A stretch of DNA of 62,372 nucleotides from an uncultured Candidatus Saccharibacteria bacterium (lineage in GTDB: Bacteria > Patescibacteriota > Doudnabacteria > UBA920): the NCBI GenBank assembly GCA_964484145.1, contig CAZAED010000001.1, positions 20,790 to 83,161 on the forward strand. The letters run 5' to 3'. How positions within the stretch are numbered: position 1 is the stretch's first letter; every line of letters starts with the position of its first letter. The translations under genes were made by a program, and so were the position numbers. The notes under the pieces are model-generated. The model made no database searches and was not told the origin of the DNA. It worked only from the letters and a program-made list of their open reading frames with translations. Positions 31,263 to 41,503 of this stretch are shown here, one piece after another.

Positions 31263-34200
31263 TTACTGCTTTACTTCAAAGTACCCGCCGCTGGTGCGGC
31301 CAAAATTTTCCGGAGTATAAAGCTCATAAGCTGTGGCTGGCAGGTATTGGAATTTGCCGGGTATTAAAGCTCTGACAAAATAGTCATATTCATAAACTCC
31401 GGGCCGCAAATTTTGCGTAAAGAGCATAAGGCGGTCGTCGTGATATTCAGTGGCGTCTGCGTAGAAACTATTAGGCACGCGGGCAGATTGCGAATACAGC
31501 ATATCGGGCAAATCACCCTCGGGGTTTGGCACAGAGGTTTTAGATTTGCCTCTAAAAGGACTTACTAGAGCTAGCCAAACTCTTTTCCAAAACCCTGGCT
31601 TTTCTACTAACACAGGCTTTTGATTTTCAACCACGATAACCTCTCCTTGCACGTAAGGGTTGGGGCTTGGGGTTGTAGTTTGACTGGTTAAAGTTTGGTC
31701 TTCCGTGGCTAAGTTAAAGTTGACTAATTCCGTTCCAGCCGGAATAAAACTTTCTACTGCTACCAAATTTCTTTGCTTACTAACTGTAATTTTTAAATGT
31801 CCTCTTAAGACATCCCCTACCTTAGCGTCTGTAACCGGATTTTTATTTTCCTTGTCATCAAGCTTATACAACTGTCTTTCTATGTTAAACCCTTCGTCCC
31901 TGGGCGCAATTTGGTCTATAGGCAAATAGTATTTTAAGGACGCGTCGTAGTAAAAGCCATTAGGCAAATTATTTAAGTTTTCCTTACTAAACTTAAGCTC
32001 GCTTAATTTTTCCGAAGTAAAACTTGATGCGGGAATAAAAGCAGACAGGTCATTTAAAATAGTTTTTCCGCCAAATTCCATTTGGGTATTTTCTTTACCG
32101 TCTAGACTTAAAGCTAATTTAAAGTGTGAGTTGGTTTCCTGTTTCCAATTTATGTAGGAAACCATAGCGTCTAAGGTAGCAAAAGTGTTGTTGGTTGTAG
32201 CCCAAGAACCGTCTTTTGCTTTTGTTCCCAGTAAATAGCGAATAAGTTTTTCAGTAAATACATAATCGCGCTTACCTTTACTAATGGCCTTTAAGAATAG
32301 CGCCGTGTCAGTACCCGCGCTTTCATAAAAATACCAAAGACTCTGGTCTTCTGCCGGAGTAATGTAAGCGCCACGAGCGTCAGTAAATACCCGGTTTTCC
32401 AAAATCTTAAAGATTTGCTCCTGATACTTAGCCGGGAATTTAGTTATTGCCACGGTCAGCAACTTAAGTAAAGAAATATTGGAAATATTTTCGTTAACAT
32501 ACTGAGCATTGTCTAACAAGGCAGTCACTCTGCTGCGCAAAATTTCAAATTGACTCGAGGCAGCCGGCGAAGCGGCTAAAGCCGCGGCTAACATTACTGT
32601 GGTATTTTTGTCTTGATAGTAAACCGTATTGTTATTAAATTCGTTTAAAGCATAAGTGGCAGCCCGGCCTTCTGCCGCCTGGTCTATTTTATAACCAGCC
32701 TCCCTAAGTGCAGAAAGGTTAACTAAAACATTAAGGGTTAAGTAAAAGTCAGGCTTCATTTTCGGGTAGTACGCAAAGCCGCCTTCGGGAGTTTGATTAG
32801 ACATTATGCGCGCCAGGCCAATTTTAACCACGTCGTCTGCCGAGTACTTTTGCCCTTCAAATTCCACGTCTTTTAGTTTAAAATCTTCGCCCAGATTAGG
32901 AATTTTTTGTAAGCGTTTTAATAAAGCTACAGTGCTAATTTTACTAAGCATTTGTTCAGTGCAGCCGTAAGGATACTGGACTAAATAATTTAGCGCATCC
33001 GGCAAACTTCCCATTAAAGTAGCTGAGGCTTTTATACTTACCCCGCCGCGGTCTTTGAGCACATTATTTGGCAGCCAAACAAATTCCGAAGCTTGTTTAT
33101 CAGTTGTGTAATTGGACATTGCCACAGTTTCGTACATTTCGTTGCGCATAATAGGGAAAGACTGTTCTACTGTGTCCTCAACATTATTATTTTTAGCAGA
33201 AATAGTAAATTTATGTTCGCCATTAGTTATTCCGACCGGCGCTTTAACTTTAAAATACACGTTACCACTTTTACTTGAGTCAATTTTTACAGAAGTTTTT
33301 TTGGCGCTTAATACTTCTAAAGACCCGCTCTCAAAGTTTATGTCTAATTTTTGACTAGCCGAAGTTTGGTTAAACACCTGGGCTCCCACAACAAATTCGT
33401 CCCCGGGTAAAATAAAGCGAGGTTTAAGTGGCACTACCATTAACTGTTTCTTGCTTAAAAATTCCGCATAGCCCACGCCCAATTTTGTATCCTGAGTAAG
33501 TCCCAAGCTTTCAATTTGCCAGGTGGTTAAATTATCAGGCAAAGTAAACTTTACTTGCGCGCGGCCGTCAGCGCCGGTTTTTACATTGGCCTGCCAATAG
33601 GCAGTATCCTTAAACACTCCGCGTTTTTTCTTTGCTAAATCTGAAGGCTCTCCCCCGCCGCCGCCTTTAGTACCGGTCGGGATTTCTGCTTCGGTTAAAA
33701 TATTTTTAATGTTTGATGACGTAGTAACTGCCAATGGCATACCGCTATAAAAGAAAGTTACCGGATCTTTTTTTGGATTTCCTACTAAAGCCAAAACACT
33801 TAAATCCGCTACTGCAACCGAAACTTCCGCGGGCACACCTTTGCCGCTAGAGTCTTTAGTGGTTACGTCCAAAGTAACTTCTTCCCCAGGCAAATAATTA
33901 TTTTTATTTGGCTTAGCTTCCACAGACAAAGTTTTTTCTTTTGTATTTACGAAAAACTGGCTTTGTCCAAATTTTACCTGTGGGTCGGGGGAAAGCAGTA
34001 AAACTGTAACATAAAAATTCGGAATATATTCCTCTTTTACACTAAAAGTGTAATTGTAAAAATTTTGGTCTATATCTACAATTTTATATTCCAAAATCCT
34101 GCCGCGTTCAATTGCAATTAAGGCTTTACTTTTTGCATAAGGAGATTTTATAAGTACATTAGCGGTTTGACCAACCTCTACTTTTTGGTTTTCCACCGCT

Positions 34201-37200
34201 AAATCTAAAGACTCATTATTAAGCGGTCTAACATCAACCGTGCCCGAGCCGTAAACATAAATGCTCTGGCTGGAAGAAAGTTCGTTGCCGCGACTGTCTT
34301 TGGCTAACAAATTTATTTCGTACTCCCCTTCTTTGTCCAATTTAAAATCTTTAGAGTAATTTCCGTCTCCATTGGTACCGGCATTAAATTTTTCTACTTC
34401 GGTCAATTTCTTTTCGGAATGATAATAGTAGTTACCGTCAACTTCCTGTCTTTTAAAGTAATTCCACTCAACGCGGTTAACCTTAACTATTATGTCATTT
34501 ACAGCTTTTGCTTTACCATTTATGTCTACAGATTTAATAAGCAATTTATTTTGCTCATTTTTAGCCAAATAATTTTTTTCCGTATTCACTCCCAAATAAA
34601 ACTCGCCTCTATGAACTATAAAAGACTTTTCAGAAGACACAGACTGACCCATGCTATTTTTTACTGTCGCTCTTAAAACCAAAACTTTACTTTGCTTCCT
34701 AGAGTCTTCTTTAAAAAACTTATTAAAATCTAAAGCCAAAGACACCTCGGCTTTACCTTGGCTACTAAGCGTAGTTTTGTCTCTTAGTATATAGTTGTCG
34801 CCATAATATGGGTAAGGGTTGTAGTACCAACCGGAGCCAAAATTAAAATATTGGTCAGTATAACGGTCAAAATAATAGTCCTGGGAAACAAGCGCGTACT
34901 CTACATTACCGCCTTCAACCGGCACACCAAAATAATAATTAGCGTCAATATTTAACTTGGCAGTTTCACCAGCAATATATTCTTCTTTGTCCGAAGAGGC
35001 TTCAACCTTAAAAGCCGAAGGCGCATAGTCTTCCACCTCAAAAGAATAATAACCCTCTAAACTCTCCACCCTATAACTGCCCAAAGGAGCCTCTTTCGGC
35101 AAAACCAATTTGGTATTAAAGGTGCCGGCGTCGCTTAAGGGCACATCTTCGCTTAAAATAGATTCATTCTTACTATTATAAACTTCAATATGAGCCGGAT
35201 TGTCTTTAAATATTTCGTAGTTAGCGTCGTAGCCAATTCTATAAAGTCCTTTAATACTTACTTCCTGACCCGGCCTATAAATTGGGCGGTCGCTGTAAAT
35301 ATAAGTTTTGTTTCCGCCTCTTAAAGAATACGCCCATTGAAATCTATCTTGCTCAGAAAATACTAATGTTTGGTCATTTAAATAAGTTACCACAGCCGCA
35401 CCTTCGCCAGAATAAGCCTTGGTTCTAGCTATACCGTCACTACCGGTAACAGAAGACCCTACACTTACAAACTTTTTGTCGTCCCGCTCATAAACTTTTA
35501 CGTCCGCCCCAGGCAAAGGCTTTAAACTTCCAATTTCACTTACCCAATAGAGGTTGCCTTGGGCTTTGGAAATAACACTTCTTTCTACAGAGCGTTCCGC
35601 TTCCGCACCTTCCTGCACTTCTACCTTTTTTTCCTGCGCTGCTAGCTTAGTAATATTAAGCAAACTTCGAACATATGTTTGCTTGCCCGGTTCGTACTGG
35701 TTTGTTTGGTTATTATAAATTTGCTCGCGTAAATTCGGATGCGAAAGACTTAAAATATAAAAACCCATATTGCCGCTACCGACAACGTCTTTTAAATTAA
35801 CTTGAAAATAATTTAAGTCCCAATATTTGTCCGGTAAATCAATTCTTTGCTGCCAGGTTTGTACGCAGTTTAAACTTTGGCCCGGGGTTTGCGCCGAAGG
35901 TTTGGTGCTGTAGTTTAAATAGCCTAATAATGTTTCAGGAGCAATTTTACAAACATGCGCGTCTACATACTCTAAATTTTCCGCAGCAAAAGTTAACTTG
36001 GTGTGGTCAGGTGAGGCTACGTTGTAGCCTTTTTGCATAGCGGTTAAATTACGGTTTATGTTAGCAATTTTTCCGCTGCGGAAACTTAGGTTATAGGAAA
36101 TATTTTGTCCGAAATGGTCGATTAAATTTAGTTCGACTTTATAATTACTTTCCGGCCTAAGACCATATTGAATTCTGCTGTCAAACTGTCCGGCCGAGCA
36201 TTTACTGCCTAAGTCTAAAGGCTGTACTTTGTATGCTTCTTGCCAATTCCATTTGCCAACACTAAGATTTGACTTAAACATTTTTGAAAAGCTATCTGCT
36301 TGAGCATCAACTAACGGCGAGTTGCTGCAAATTTCCATAAATGTTAAGCCTGCCACCTGCTCTTGGTCTTTCGGATAGCTGCTAAATATTTTTAAAGTAG
36401 GATAGACTGTAAAATCTCTTTTTACACTCTCAGAGTTTATTTGAAGGCCTTTTAAATTTACAACTTTTTCAAAACTAATAGGCACATTCTGCCCCGGCTT
36501 TAAGTCGTTTTCGTTGAAAGTTATAAACAGTTGTTTTTTGTTAGGCTCTTTCTCGCAGGAGTCAGTTAAATATACCTGGTTGCCGTTTTCGTCTAATTTA
36601 CAAATCTCGCCATACTCAATATTTTTTATACTCGCGCCTTTAGTATTTATTTTGCTTGCGTCTTTGTCTATTTCTTCATAAAATTCCGCGACTAATTTAC
36701 CCTTAGGGTCAAATAACTGAGGTTCGACTAAATTAGAGCGGTCAGATTTGGCTGTAAGGTTGGCCAAAACTTCCGGCACCTGAATTTGTAGTGACCGGGT
36801 TTCACCTAAACTTATATCACCCTCAAGCGGCTGGGCACCTTTTATTGTAAGGTTGTAATTTTTATTATTGTCCCAAAATTTTTCCCGTCCATTTTTGTCT
36901 TTGGTTTGAAAGACATTTAAAATTGTTTTGTCCAAATAGTCAGAAGACTTGCCGTCTTTGCCCAAAATTACCGCACGAGTCCCGTACTCTACTACCACAT
37001 TAATTTTTTTATCACCCTCTTTTACCTCTATTTGTTTTTTGGTTTTTTCCAAATCTACCGGCTGATTAAAACGTAAAACAATTGGCTGATGATACAAAAC
37101 CATGCCTGTGCTAAGGCCGTTTTCCATATAACGTAACGGATGAGTTATAAACTCAGACTTCTCTGGGGCCACATTAAGTCCGTCCATAGAAACAAAACCT

Positions 37201-37895
37201 TTTTCTACTTCCACTTTATAGTGACTTGAGCGCACCAGGTGAGTTTTAGGAATAAATTTTAAAGTTCGAGTCCCGGCCCATTTAAATATACCGTCTGTTG
37301 TTGGTGTAATTTTTACCGGCACTTTTGCTTTTTCTATTTCACTTAAGGTGGAAAGCGCTACCATGGGACGGTTAAAACTAATTACTATTTCCGAAAGCTC
37401 ATCTGCCTCACTGCCATGCCCAGGAAAAATTGCCAAAACTTTTGGGTCTTCGTCAGCGGTAAAATCTTTTTGCACTTTGCCGGTCTGGCCGACAAATGTT
37501 ATGCGGTAAGACTTACCTAAACCAAGCTCCACTTTTGGTTTAAATAAAAGCAGTTTTTTACTTTCGTCTGTTTGCCACTCTCCTTCTATAGCAGGCTCAA
37601 AAACCACCTGGTTTTTTATTTTAACAATATCGGTAGTTTCTCCTGGCGGCAAATTTACAACAATACCCGCGCTTTTTGACACTTTGTCTGAAACCAAACC
37701 TTTTGGCACTTCTGTCCATTTTGGGTGAGTGGATTTGTTTACCAAATAATTTTCATACAACCAAAGTCCGCCTAGCACAACTAAAATTACTACTAACAAC
37801 ATTCCCCAAAATTTGGGTTTTTTATAAATTTGTATTTTTGTTGTTTCTGCCCCGACGGCGCTTGGCGCTTCTTGAAAGCTCTCTTGATTGTCCAT
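31263..37895 (-). CDS. Bacterial alpha-2-macroglobulin family protein (2210 aa), TM-anchored, thioester-containing
   Basis: N-terminal TM helix FWGMLLVVILVVLGGLWLY. Long array of MG-like beta domains. Thioester motif GCTEQ (CTEQ at 32953-32964) within YPYGCTEQMLSK. Confidence 0.85.
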   Translation of the reverse strand: MDNQESFQEAPSAVGAETTKIQIYKKPKFWGMLLVVILVVLGGLWLYENYLVNKSTHPKWTEVPKGLVSDKVSKSAGIVVNLPPGETTDIVKIKNQVVFEPAIEGEWQTDESKKLLLFKPKVELGLGKSYRITFVGQTGKVQKDFTADEDPKVLAIFPGHGSEADELSEIVISFNRPMVALSTLSEIEKAKVPVKITPTTDGIFKWAGTRTLKFIPKTHLVRSSHYKVEVEKGFVSMDGLNVAPEKSEFITHPLRYMENGLSTGMVLYHQPIVLRFNQPVDLEKTKKQIEVKEGDKKINVVVEYGTRAVILGKDGKSSDYLDKTILNVFQTKDKNGREKFWDNNKNYNLTIKGAQPLEGDISLGETRSLQIQVPEVLANLTAKSDRSNLVEPQLFDPKGKLVAEFYEEIDKDASKINTKGASIKNIEYGEICKLDENGNQVYLTDSCEKEPNKKQLFITFNENDLKPGQNVPISFEKVVNLKGLQINSESVKRDFTVYPTLKIFSSYPKDQEQVAGLTFMEICSNSPLVDAQADSFSKMFKSNLSVGKWNWQEAYKVQPLDLGSKCSAGQFDSRIQYGLRPESNYKVELNLIDHFGQNISYNLSFRSGKIANINRNLTAMQKGYNVASPDHTKLTFAAENLEYVDAHVCKIAPETLLGYLNYSTKPSAQTPGQSLNCVQTWQQRIDLPDKYWDLNYFQVNLKDVVGSGNMGFYILSLSHPNLREQIYNNQTNQYEPGKQTYVRSLLNITKLAAQEKKVEVQEGAEAERSVERSVISKAQGNLYWVSEIGSLKPLPGADVKVYERDDKKFVSVGSSVTGSDGIARTKAYSGEGAAVVTYLNDQTLVFSEQDRFQWAYSLRGGNKTYIYSDRPIYRPGQEVSIKGLYRIGYDANYEIFKDNPAHIEVYNSKNESILSEDVPLSDAGTFNTKLVLPKEAPLGSYRVESLEGYYSFEVEDYAPSAFKVEASSDKEEYIAGETAKLNIDANYYFGVPVEGGNVEYALVSQDYYFDRYTDQYFNFGSGWYYNPYPYYGDNYILRDKTTLSSQGKAEVSLALDFNKFFKEDSRKQSKVLVLRATVKNSMGQSVSSEKSFIVHRGEFYLGVNTEKNYLAKNEQNKLLIKSVDINGKAKAVNDIIVKVNRVEWNYFKRQEVDGNYYYHSEKKLTEVEKFNAGTNGDGNYSKDFKLDKEGEYEINLLAKDSRGNELSSSQSIYVYGSGTVDVRPLNNESLDLAVENQKVEVGQTANVLIKSPYAKSKALIAIERGRILEYKIVDIDQNFYNYTFSVKEEYIPNFYVTVLLLSPDPQVKFGQSQFFVNTKEKTLSVEAKPNKNNYLPGEEVTLDVTTKDSSGKGVPAEVSVAVADLSVLALVGNPKKDPVTFFYSGMPLAVTTSSNIKNILTEAEIPTGTKGGGGGEPSDLAKKKRGVFKDTAYWQANVKTGADGRAQVKFTLPDNLTTWQIESLGLTQDTKLGVGYAEFLSKKQLMVVPLKPRFILPGDEFVVGAQVFNQTSASQKLDINFESGSLEVLSAKKTSVKIDSSKSGNVYFKVKAPVGITNGEHKFTISAKNNNVEDTVEQSFPIMRNEMYETVAMSNYTTDKQASEFVWLPNNVLKDRGGVSIKASATLMGSLPDALNYLVQYPYGCTEQMLSKISTVALLKRLQKIPNLGEDFKLKDVEFEGQKYSADDVVKIGLARIMSNQTPEGGFAYYPKMKPDFYLTLNVLVNLSALREAGYKIDQAAEGRAATYALNEFNNNTVYYQDKNTTVMLAAALAASPAASSQFEILRSRVTALLDNAQYVNENISNISLLKLLTVAITKFPAKYQEQIFKILENRVFTDARGAYITPAEDQSLWYFYESAGTDTALFLKAISKGKRDYVFTEKLIRYLLGTKAKDGSWATTNNTFATLDAMVSYINWKQETNSHFKLALSLDGKENTQMEFGGKTILNDLSAFIPASSFTSEKLSELKFSKENLNNLPNGFYYDASLKYYLPIDQIAPRDEGFNIERQLYKLDDKENKNPVTDAKVGDVLRGHLKITVSKQRNLVAVESFIPAGTELVNFNLATEDQTLTSQTTTPSPNPYVQGEVIVVENQKPVLVEKPGFWKRVWLALVSPFRGKSKTSVPNPEGDLPDMLYSQSARVPNSFYADATEYHDDRLMLFTQNLRPGVYEYDYFVRALIPGKFQYLPATAYELYTPENFGRTSGGYFEVKQ

Positions 37896-37941
37896 AAAAA
37901 TATTTTAAATTGTTTCTTTAAACCAATTTTAACACAAAAAT

Positions 37942-37966
37942 AAAAACCGCGCTTTGCGTGGTTTTT
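37942..37966 (-). terminator. pilB terminator (bidirectional shape)
   Basis: aaaaaccgcg-cttt-gcgtggttttt. Confidence 0.7.
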
Positions 37967-37974
37967 ATATATTA

Positions 37975-38002
37975 CATCCTAAATCTTATATCTTATATTC
38001 TT
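37975..38002. repeat. Heptamer array (aatctta family) between the pilB stop and its terminator
   Basis: catccta aatctta tatctta tattctt. Confidence 0.85.
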
Positions 38003-39646
38003 TTATTCCCCTGCAACTCGAAACACTTCCTCTACATCTGTAATCCCCTCAAGCGCTTTAAGCAGTCCGTCTTGCGCCATGGTTAACATGCCTTGCTCTA
38101 CTGCTGTTTTTTTAAATTCAGACATTGCCGCTTCTTTTGAAATTAAAGCCTGTACAGCCTCGGTTACTTCTAATACTTCATAAATACCTATACGGCCTTT
38201 GTAACCTAAGTTGTTGCATTTGTCGCAACCCGGGGAATGGTAGAATTGTAAACTTTCGGGCTGCTTATAACCTTTCGGCATTTGGCTAAAAATTAATTTA
38301 ATTCTTTCCATTAACTGCGGACTTAGCGCGGCCTTAGTTTTGCAATTCTGGCAAATTCTGCGCACCAAGCGCTGAGCCATTGCGCAAGAAAGCGCAGGTG
38401 CTATTATAAACGGTTTAACACCCATATTTATTAAACGCGGAATTGCGCCGGCCGCGTCATTGGTATGTAAGGTAGACAATACCAAGTGCCCGGTTAGCGC
38501 CGCTTGCATAGCCACTTCGGCGGTTTCTTGGTCGCGTATTTCTCCTACCATAACAATGTCTGGGTCTTGCCTAAGTATTGCCCTAAGCCCTTTGGCAAAA
38601 CTAAAATCTACACTATGGTCTATAGGAGTTTGTACTATCCCCTCTAATTTATATTCCACCGGGTCTTCAAGAGTAATAATTTTTACGCCCGGTTCATTAA
38701 GTTCGTTTATAAACGCGTAAAGGCTTGTGGTCTTACCGCTGCCGGTAGGTCCTGTGGTAATTATCATACCATTTGGCCTTTGTAATATTTTCTCAACAAT
38801 ATCGCGCTGTTCTTTTCTAAAACCTAGGCTATCTAATTTAAGCTCGGAATCGTTATTACCGAGTAGTCTCATAACAATTTCTTCGCCATAAGCCGAAGGG
38901 AGAATGGAAACACGCACGTCTATGGGCTTACCTAAGTAAGTAAAAGTTATGCGCCCGTCTTGAGCTTGGCTCTCCACATTTAATTTTAACTTTGCCAATA
39001 TTTTAATTCGAGTTATAACCTGTTTTTGTAAATTTTTATTTACATGCAGCATGTCTTGCAAAACCCCGTCTATGCGGAAGCGTAGTTTAACAAAATGCTC
39101 TTCCGGTTCAAGGTGAATATCCGAAGCTCTAAGCGAAACCGCGCCGCCAAAAAATATTTCCAAAAATTGACTGGCTGTGGTTTGGCTTTGTAAATTTTCG
39201 TCAGCCAGAGTTTTTAATTTTGCCGCAAAGTCTAGTTCTTCTTTTACGTTTACAGCTTCTTCGTGAGCCGGCTTTGGCCTTAAAACCTTGCTATAAAACC
39301 GCAAAGTTTTTTCCAGGCTTCTTTTTGAAATAACATACAAACTTACTTTACTAGTTTGCGACAGCTCTCGAATTTTTTCTAAGAGTAATGGGTGTTTTGG
39401 GTTTGTGGCGCCAATTCTTAAATCTTTTAACTCTTTATAAAACGGCACCGCTCCCATTTCTTTTGCCTCTTCTTCCAAAAAAATCCCCAAAACATTTAAG
39501 TCTACCGGGAATTGATGTAAGTCTATATAAGGCAAGCCAAAAGCCGCAGCCTGCGCTTGAGACTGCTGCTCTTCCATTCTTCTATTAACGTCGTCCATGC
39601 TGCGGACTAAGTCTGCTGGTGTTTGTGCTAAAAAGTTTTTACTCAT
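38003..39646 (-). CDS. pilB: Type IV pilus assembly ATPase PilB / GspE family
   Basis: GspII_E N-domain, Walker A GPTGSGKTT, Asp box, Walker B IVMVGEIRD, His box LSTLHTND, and the Cys cluster CQNC...CDKC. The start is the ATG at 39646. Confidence 0.9.
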   Translation of the reverse strand: MSKNFLAQTPADLVRSMDDVNRRMEEQQSQAQAAAFGLPYIDLHQFPVDLNVLGIFLEEEAKEMGAVPFYKELKDLRIGATNPKHPLLLEKIRELSQTSKVSLYVISKRSLEKTLRFYSKVLRPKPAHEEAVNVKEELDFAAKLKTLADENLQSQTTASQFLEIFFGGAVSLRASDIHLEPEEHFVKLRFRIDGVLQDMLHVNKNLQKQVITRIKILAKLKLNVESQAQDGRITFTYLGKPIDVRVSILPSAYGEEIVMRLLGNNDSELKLDSLGFRKEQRDIVEKILQRPNGMIITTGPTGSGKTTSLYAFINELNEPGVKIITLEDPVEYKLEGIVQTPIDHSVDFSFAKGLRAILRQDPDIVMVGEIRDQETAEVAMQAALTGHLVLSTLHTNDAAGAIPRLINMGVKPFIIAPALSCAMAQRLVRRICQNCKTKAALSPQLMERIKLIFSQMPKGYKQPESLQFYHSPGCDKCNNLGYKGRIGIYEVLEVTEAVQALISKEAAMSEFKKTAVEQGMLTMAQDGLLKALEGITDVEEVFRVAGE

Positions 39647-39654
39647 TTTTGTTT

Positions 39655-39689
39655 GAGATATTGGGATATGAGATATTATTGATATTGGG
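39655..39689. repeat. Word array (gatatt/ccaatat family) 8 nt upstream of the pilB ATG
   Basis: gagatattgggatatgagatattattgatattggg. Confidence 0.85.
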
Positions 39690-39818
39690 AAAACCGCCAA
39701 GCAATATCTATAATATCATTCTTAACCTGCAAAAATTTTTGTTTCTTATTCGTCACTAGTTACCCATAACCCGTTACTCATTTAGTATAACATTACTGCT
39801 TAACAAAAAAAAGAGCTT

Positions 39819-40970
39819 TTAAAGCTCTTTTATAACTTCTAAAAATTTTGTTTCTGCTTCAGCCAAAGTAATTTGCGGCAAATTAAAAACCAGCAACGTG
39901 TAACTATGCGGACTTAAAGCAACTGTTTTTACCGGCTGCCCAAACTGGGCAATAATTTTTTCTGTATTTAGACTCACATGAAAAGCTGCGAAAACTTCTA
40001 CTGCCTGGTTTTTATTCTGTGATATTACCGCAACAACTCGCTTACCTGAAATATTAGAAAGTAAATCTAAAATTGCTTGGGGGATAAAAGAGCTGTCCGA
40101 CCCTGCCTTTTCAAAATCCTGCTCATTTAATACCGAGTATATAGCACCAAACGCTTCTTCGGTTTTAAGCTTAGCTAAAATTCTACCCCATAGCCTTAAA
40201 AGGCTAAGAGGCTTAGTTTTGTAAAGCGCCTGAACAATTTCTTGCTGCCTACCGCCGGCTTCTATTAATTGCGAAGCAGTTAAAAAACTTTTTGGCGTAG
40301 TTTTTATATGCTGGAATGAATCGGTTTTAGAAATTATGCCTGTTAACAAACATGTAGCTATATCTTCATCTATTAAATGCTCTTCAAATTTTTCAAAAAG
40401 GGAGCAAAGTATTTCCCCAGTGGAAGTCGCGACTAAGTCAACTAAGTTTATTGCGCCAAAAAATTCATTGTCTGCTTTGTGGTCTATATTAACTTTAGGC
40501 GTTTCATAAAATACGTCCGCATTCTGCTCAAACAGCTTGCCCAAATGCCCAAGCGAAGGCGAATCTAAGACAAAAATTAAATCGTAGGGCGCTTTTTCTT
40601 TTGCAAAGCTTACGTCTTCAGCTGTAAAAACCTGGCCTTCCTTAGCCTTTAAAAAAATACTGGCTTTGGTTTCCGTAGTTTCGTAAGACAATTCTTCTAA
40701 GTGCTTTACAGAGGTGTCTACAACCACCACCAAGCTTTTACCCGAAGGCAAGGAATTAACTAACAAGCCTGCACCGGGTAAGAATTTTAGTTGTTCGGGC
40801 AAGCTGCCGGAACTTGCAAGGCTTACGTCTTTTTTTTGTTTTTCCAAAAATAACTTTAAAGCAAGCCCCGAAGAAAGAGCGTCAGCGTTTAAATTCTGCG
40901 GCAAAGCAATAAGCAAGCGGTTTGCCTTTTTTATCTGCTCAAAAATTTGATTATTTATGTCTAATTCCAT
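39819..40970 (-). CDS. DHH-family phosphoesterase-like protein (NrnA-like) with degenerate motifs
   Basis: The architecture and the VNIDHKADN segment resemble DHH/DHHA1 proteins. However, DHH reads DHK, and I see no GGGH motif. Confidence 0.6.
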   Translation of the reverse strand: MELDINNQIFEQIKKANRLLIALPQNLNADALSSGLALKLFLEKQKKDVSLASSGSLPEQLKFLPGAGLLVNSLPSGKSLVVVVDTSVKHLEELSYETTETKASIFLKAKEGQVFTAEDVSFAKEKAPYDLIFVLDSPSLGHLGKLFEQNADVFYETPKVNIDHKADNEFFGAINLVDLVATSTGEILCSLFEKFEEHLIDEDIATCLLTGIISKTDSFQHIKTTPKSFLTASQLIEAGGRQQEIVQALYKTKPLSLLRLWGRILAKLKTEEAFGAIYSVLNEQDFEKAGSDSSFIPQAILDLLSNISGKRVVAVISQNKNQAVEVFAAFHVSLNTEKIIAQFGQPVKTVALSPHSYTLLVFNLPQITLAEAETKFLEVIKEL

Positions 40971-41122
40971 ATGACTTTTAATTTGGATGATTTACAAGTA
41001 TATAACATTTTACTAAACCGGTCAATATAAGGTAAAATAAGGTTAATCGATACATAGAATATTCTCTTAAATCATACAGTGATACATTGGCGTTATAGTC
41101 AGCAACAGCTCAGCGGCCTCAT

Positions 41123-41503
41123 ATGAATACAACCCTAAACCAAATTCCCACTTTAGCAAAAAAAATCGCTACTAATATTAAAGGCGGAGAAATATTTGCG
41201 CTTGTTGGCACTTTAGGTAGCGGCAAAACCACCTTTACCAAAGCTTTAGGCAAAGCGCTTAAAATTAAACACCATATTACCAGCCCAACTTTTGTCTTAA
41301 TGAACCGCTACGCCTTTAAAAAGGCGGAAAAAAAACTACATTTATACCATTTGGATATTTACCGTTTAAAAAACTTTAAAGATGTAACAGCTTTAGGCAT
41401 TAAAGAAATATGGGGACAAAAAGATGCTGTTACAATAATAGAATGGGCGGATAAAATTAAAAAGCACTTGCCTAAAAAAACTAAATTTATTTTCTTTCAA
41501 TAA
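41123..41503 (+). CDS. tsaE: tRNA t6A37 biosynthesis ATPase TsaE
   Basis: About 126 aa with P-loop GTLGSGKTTFTKAL, SPTF and YHLDIYRL. Confidence 0.85.
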   Translation: MNTTLNQIPTLAKKIATNIKGGEIFALVGTLGSGKTTFTKALGKALKIKHHITSPTFVLMNRYAFKKAEKKLHLYHLDIYRLKNFKDVTALGIKEIWGQKDAVTIIEWADKIKKHLPKKTKFIFFQ

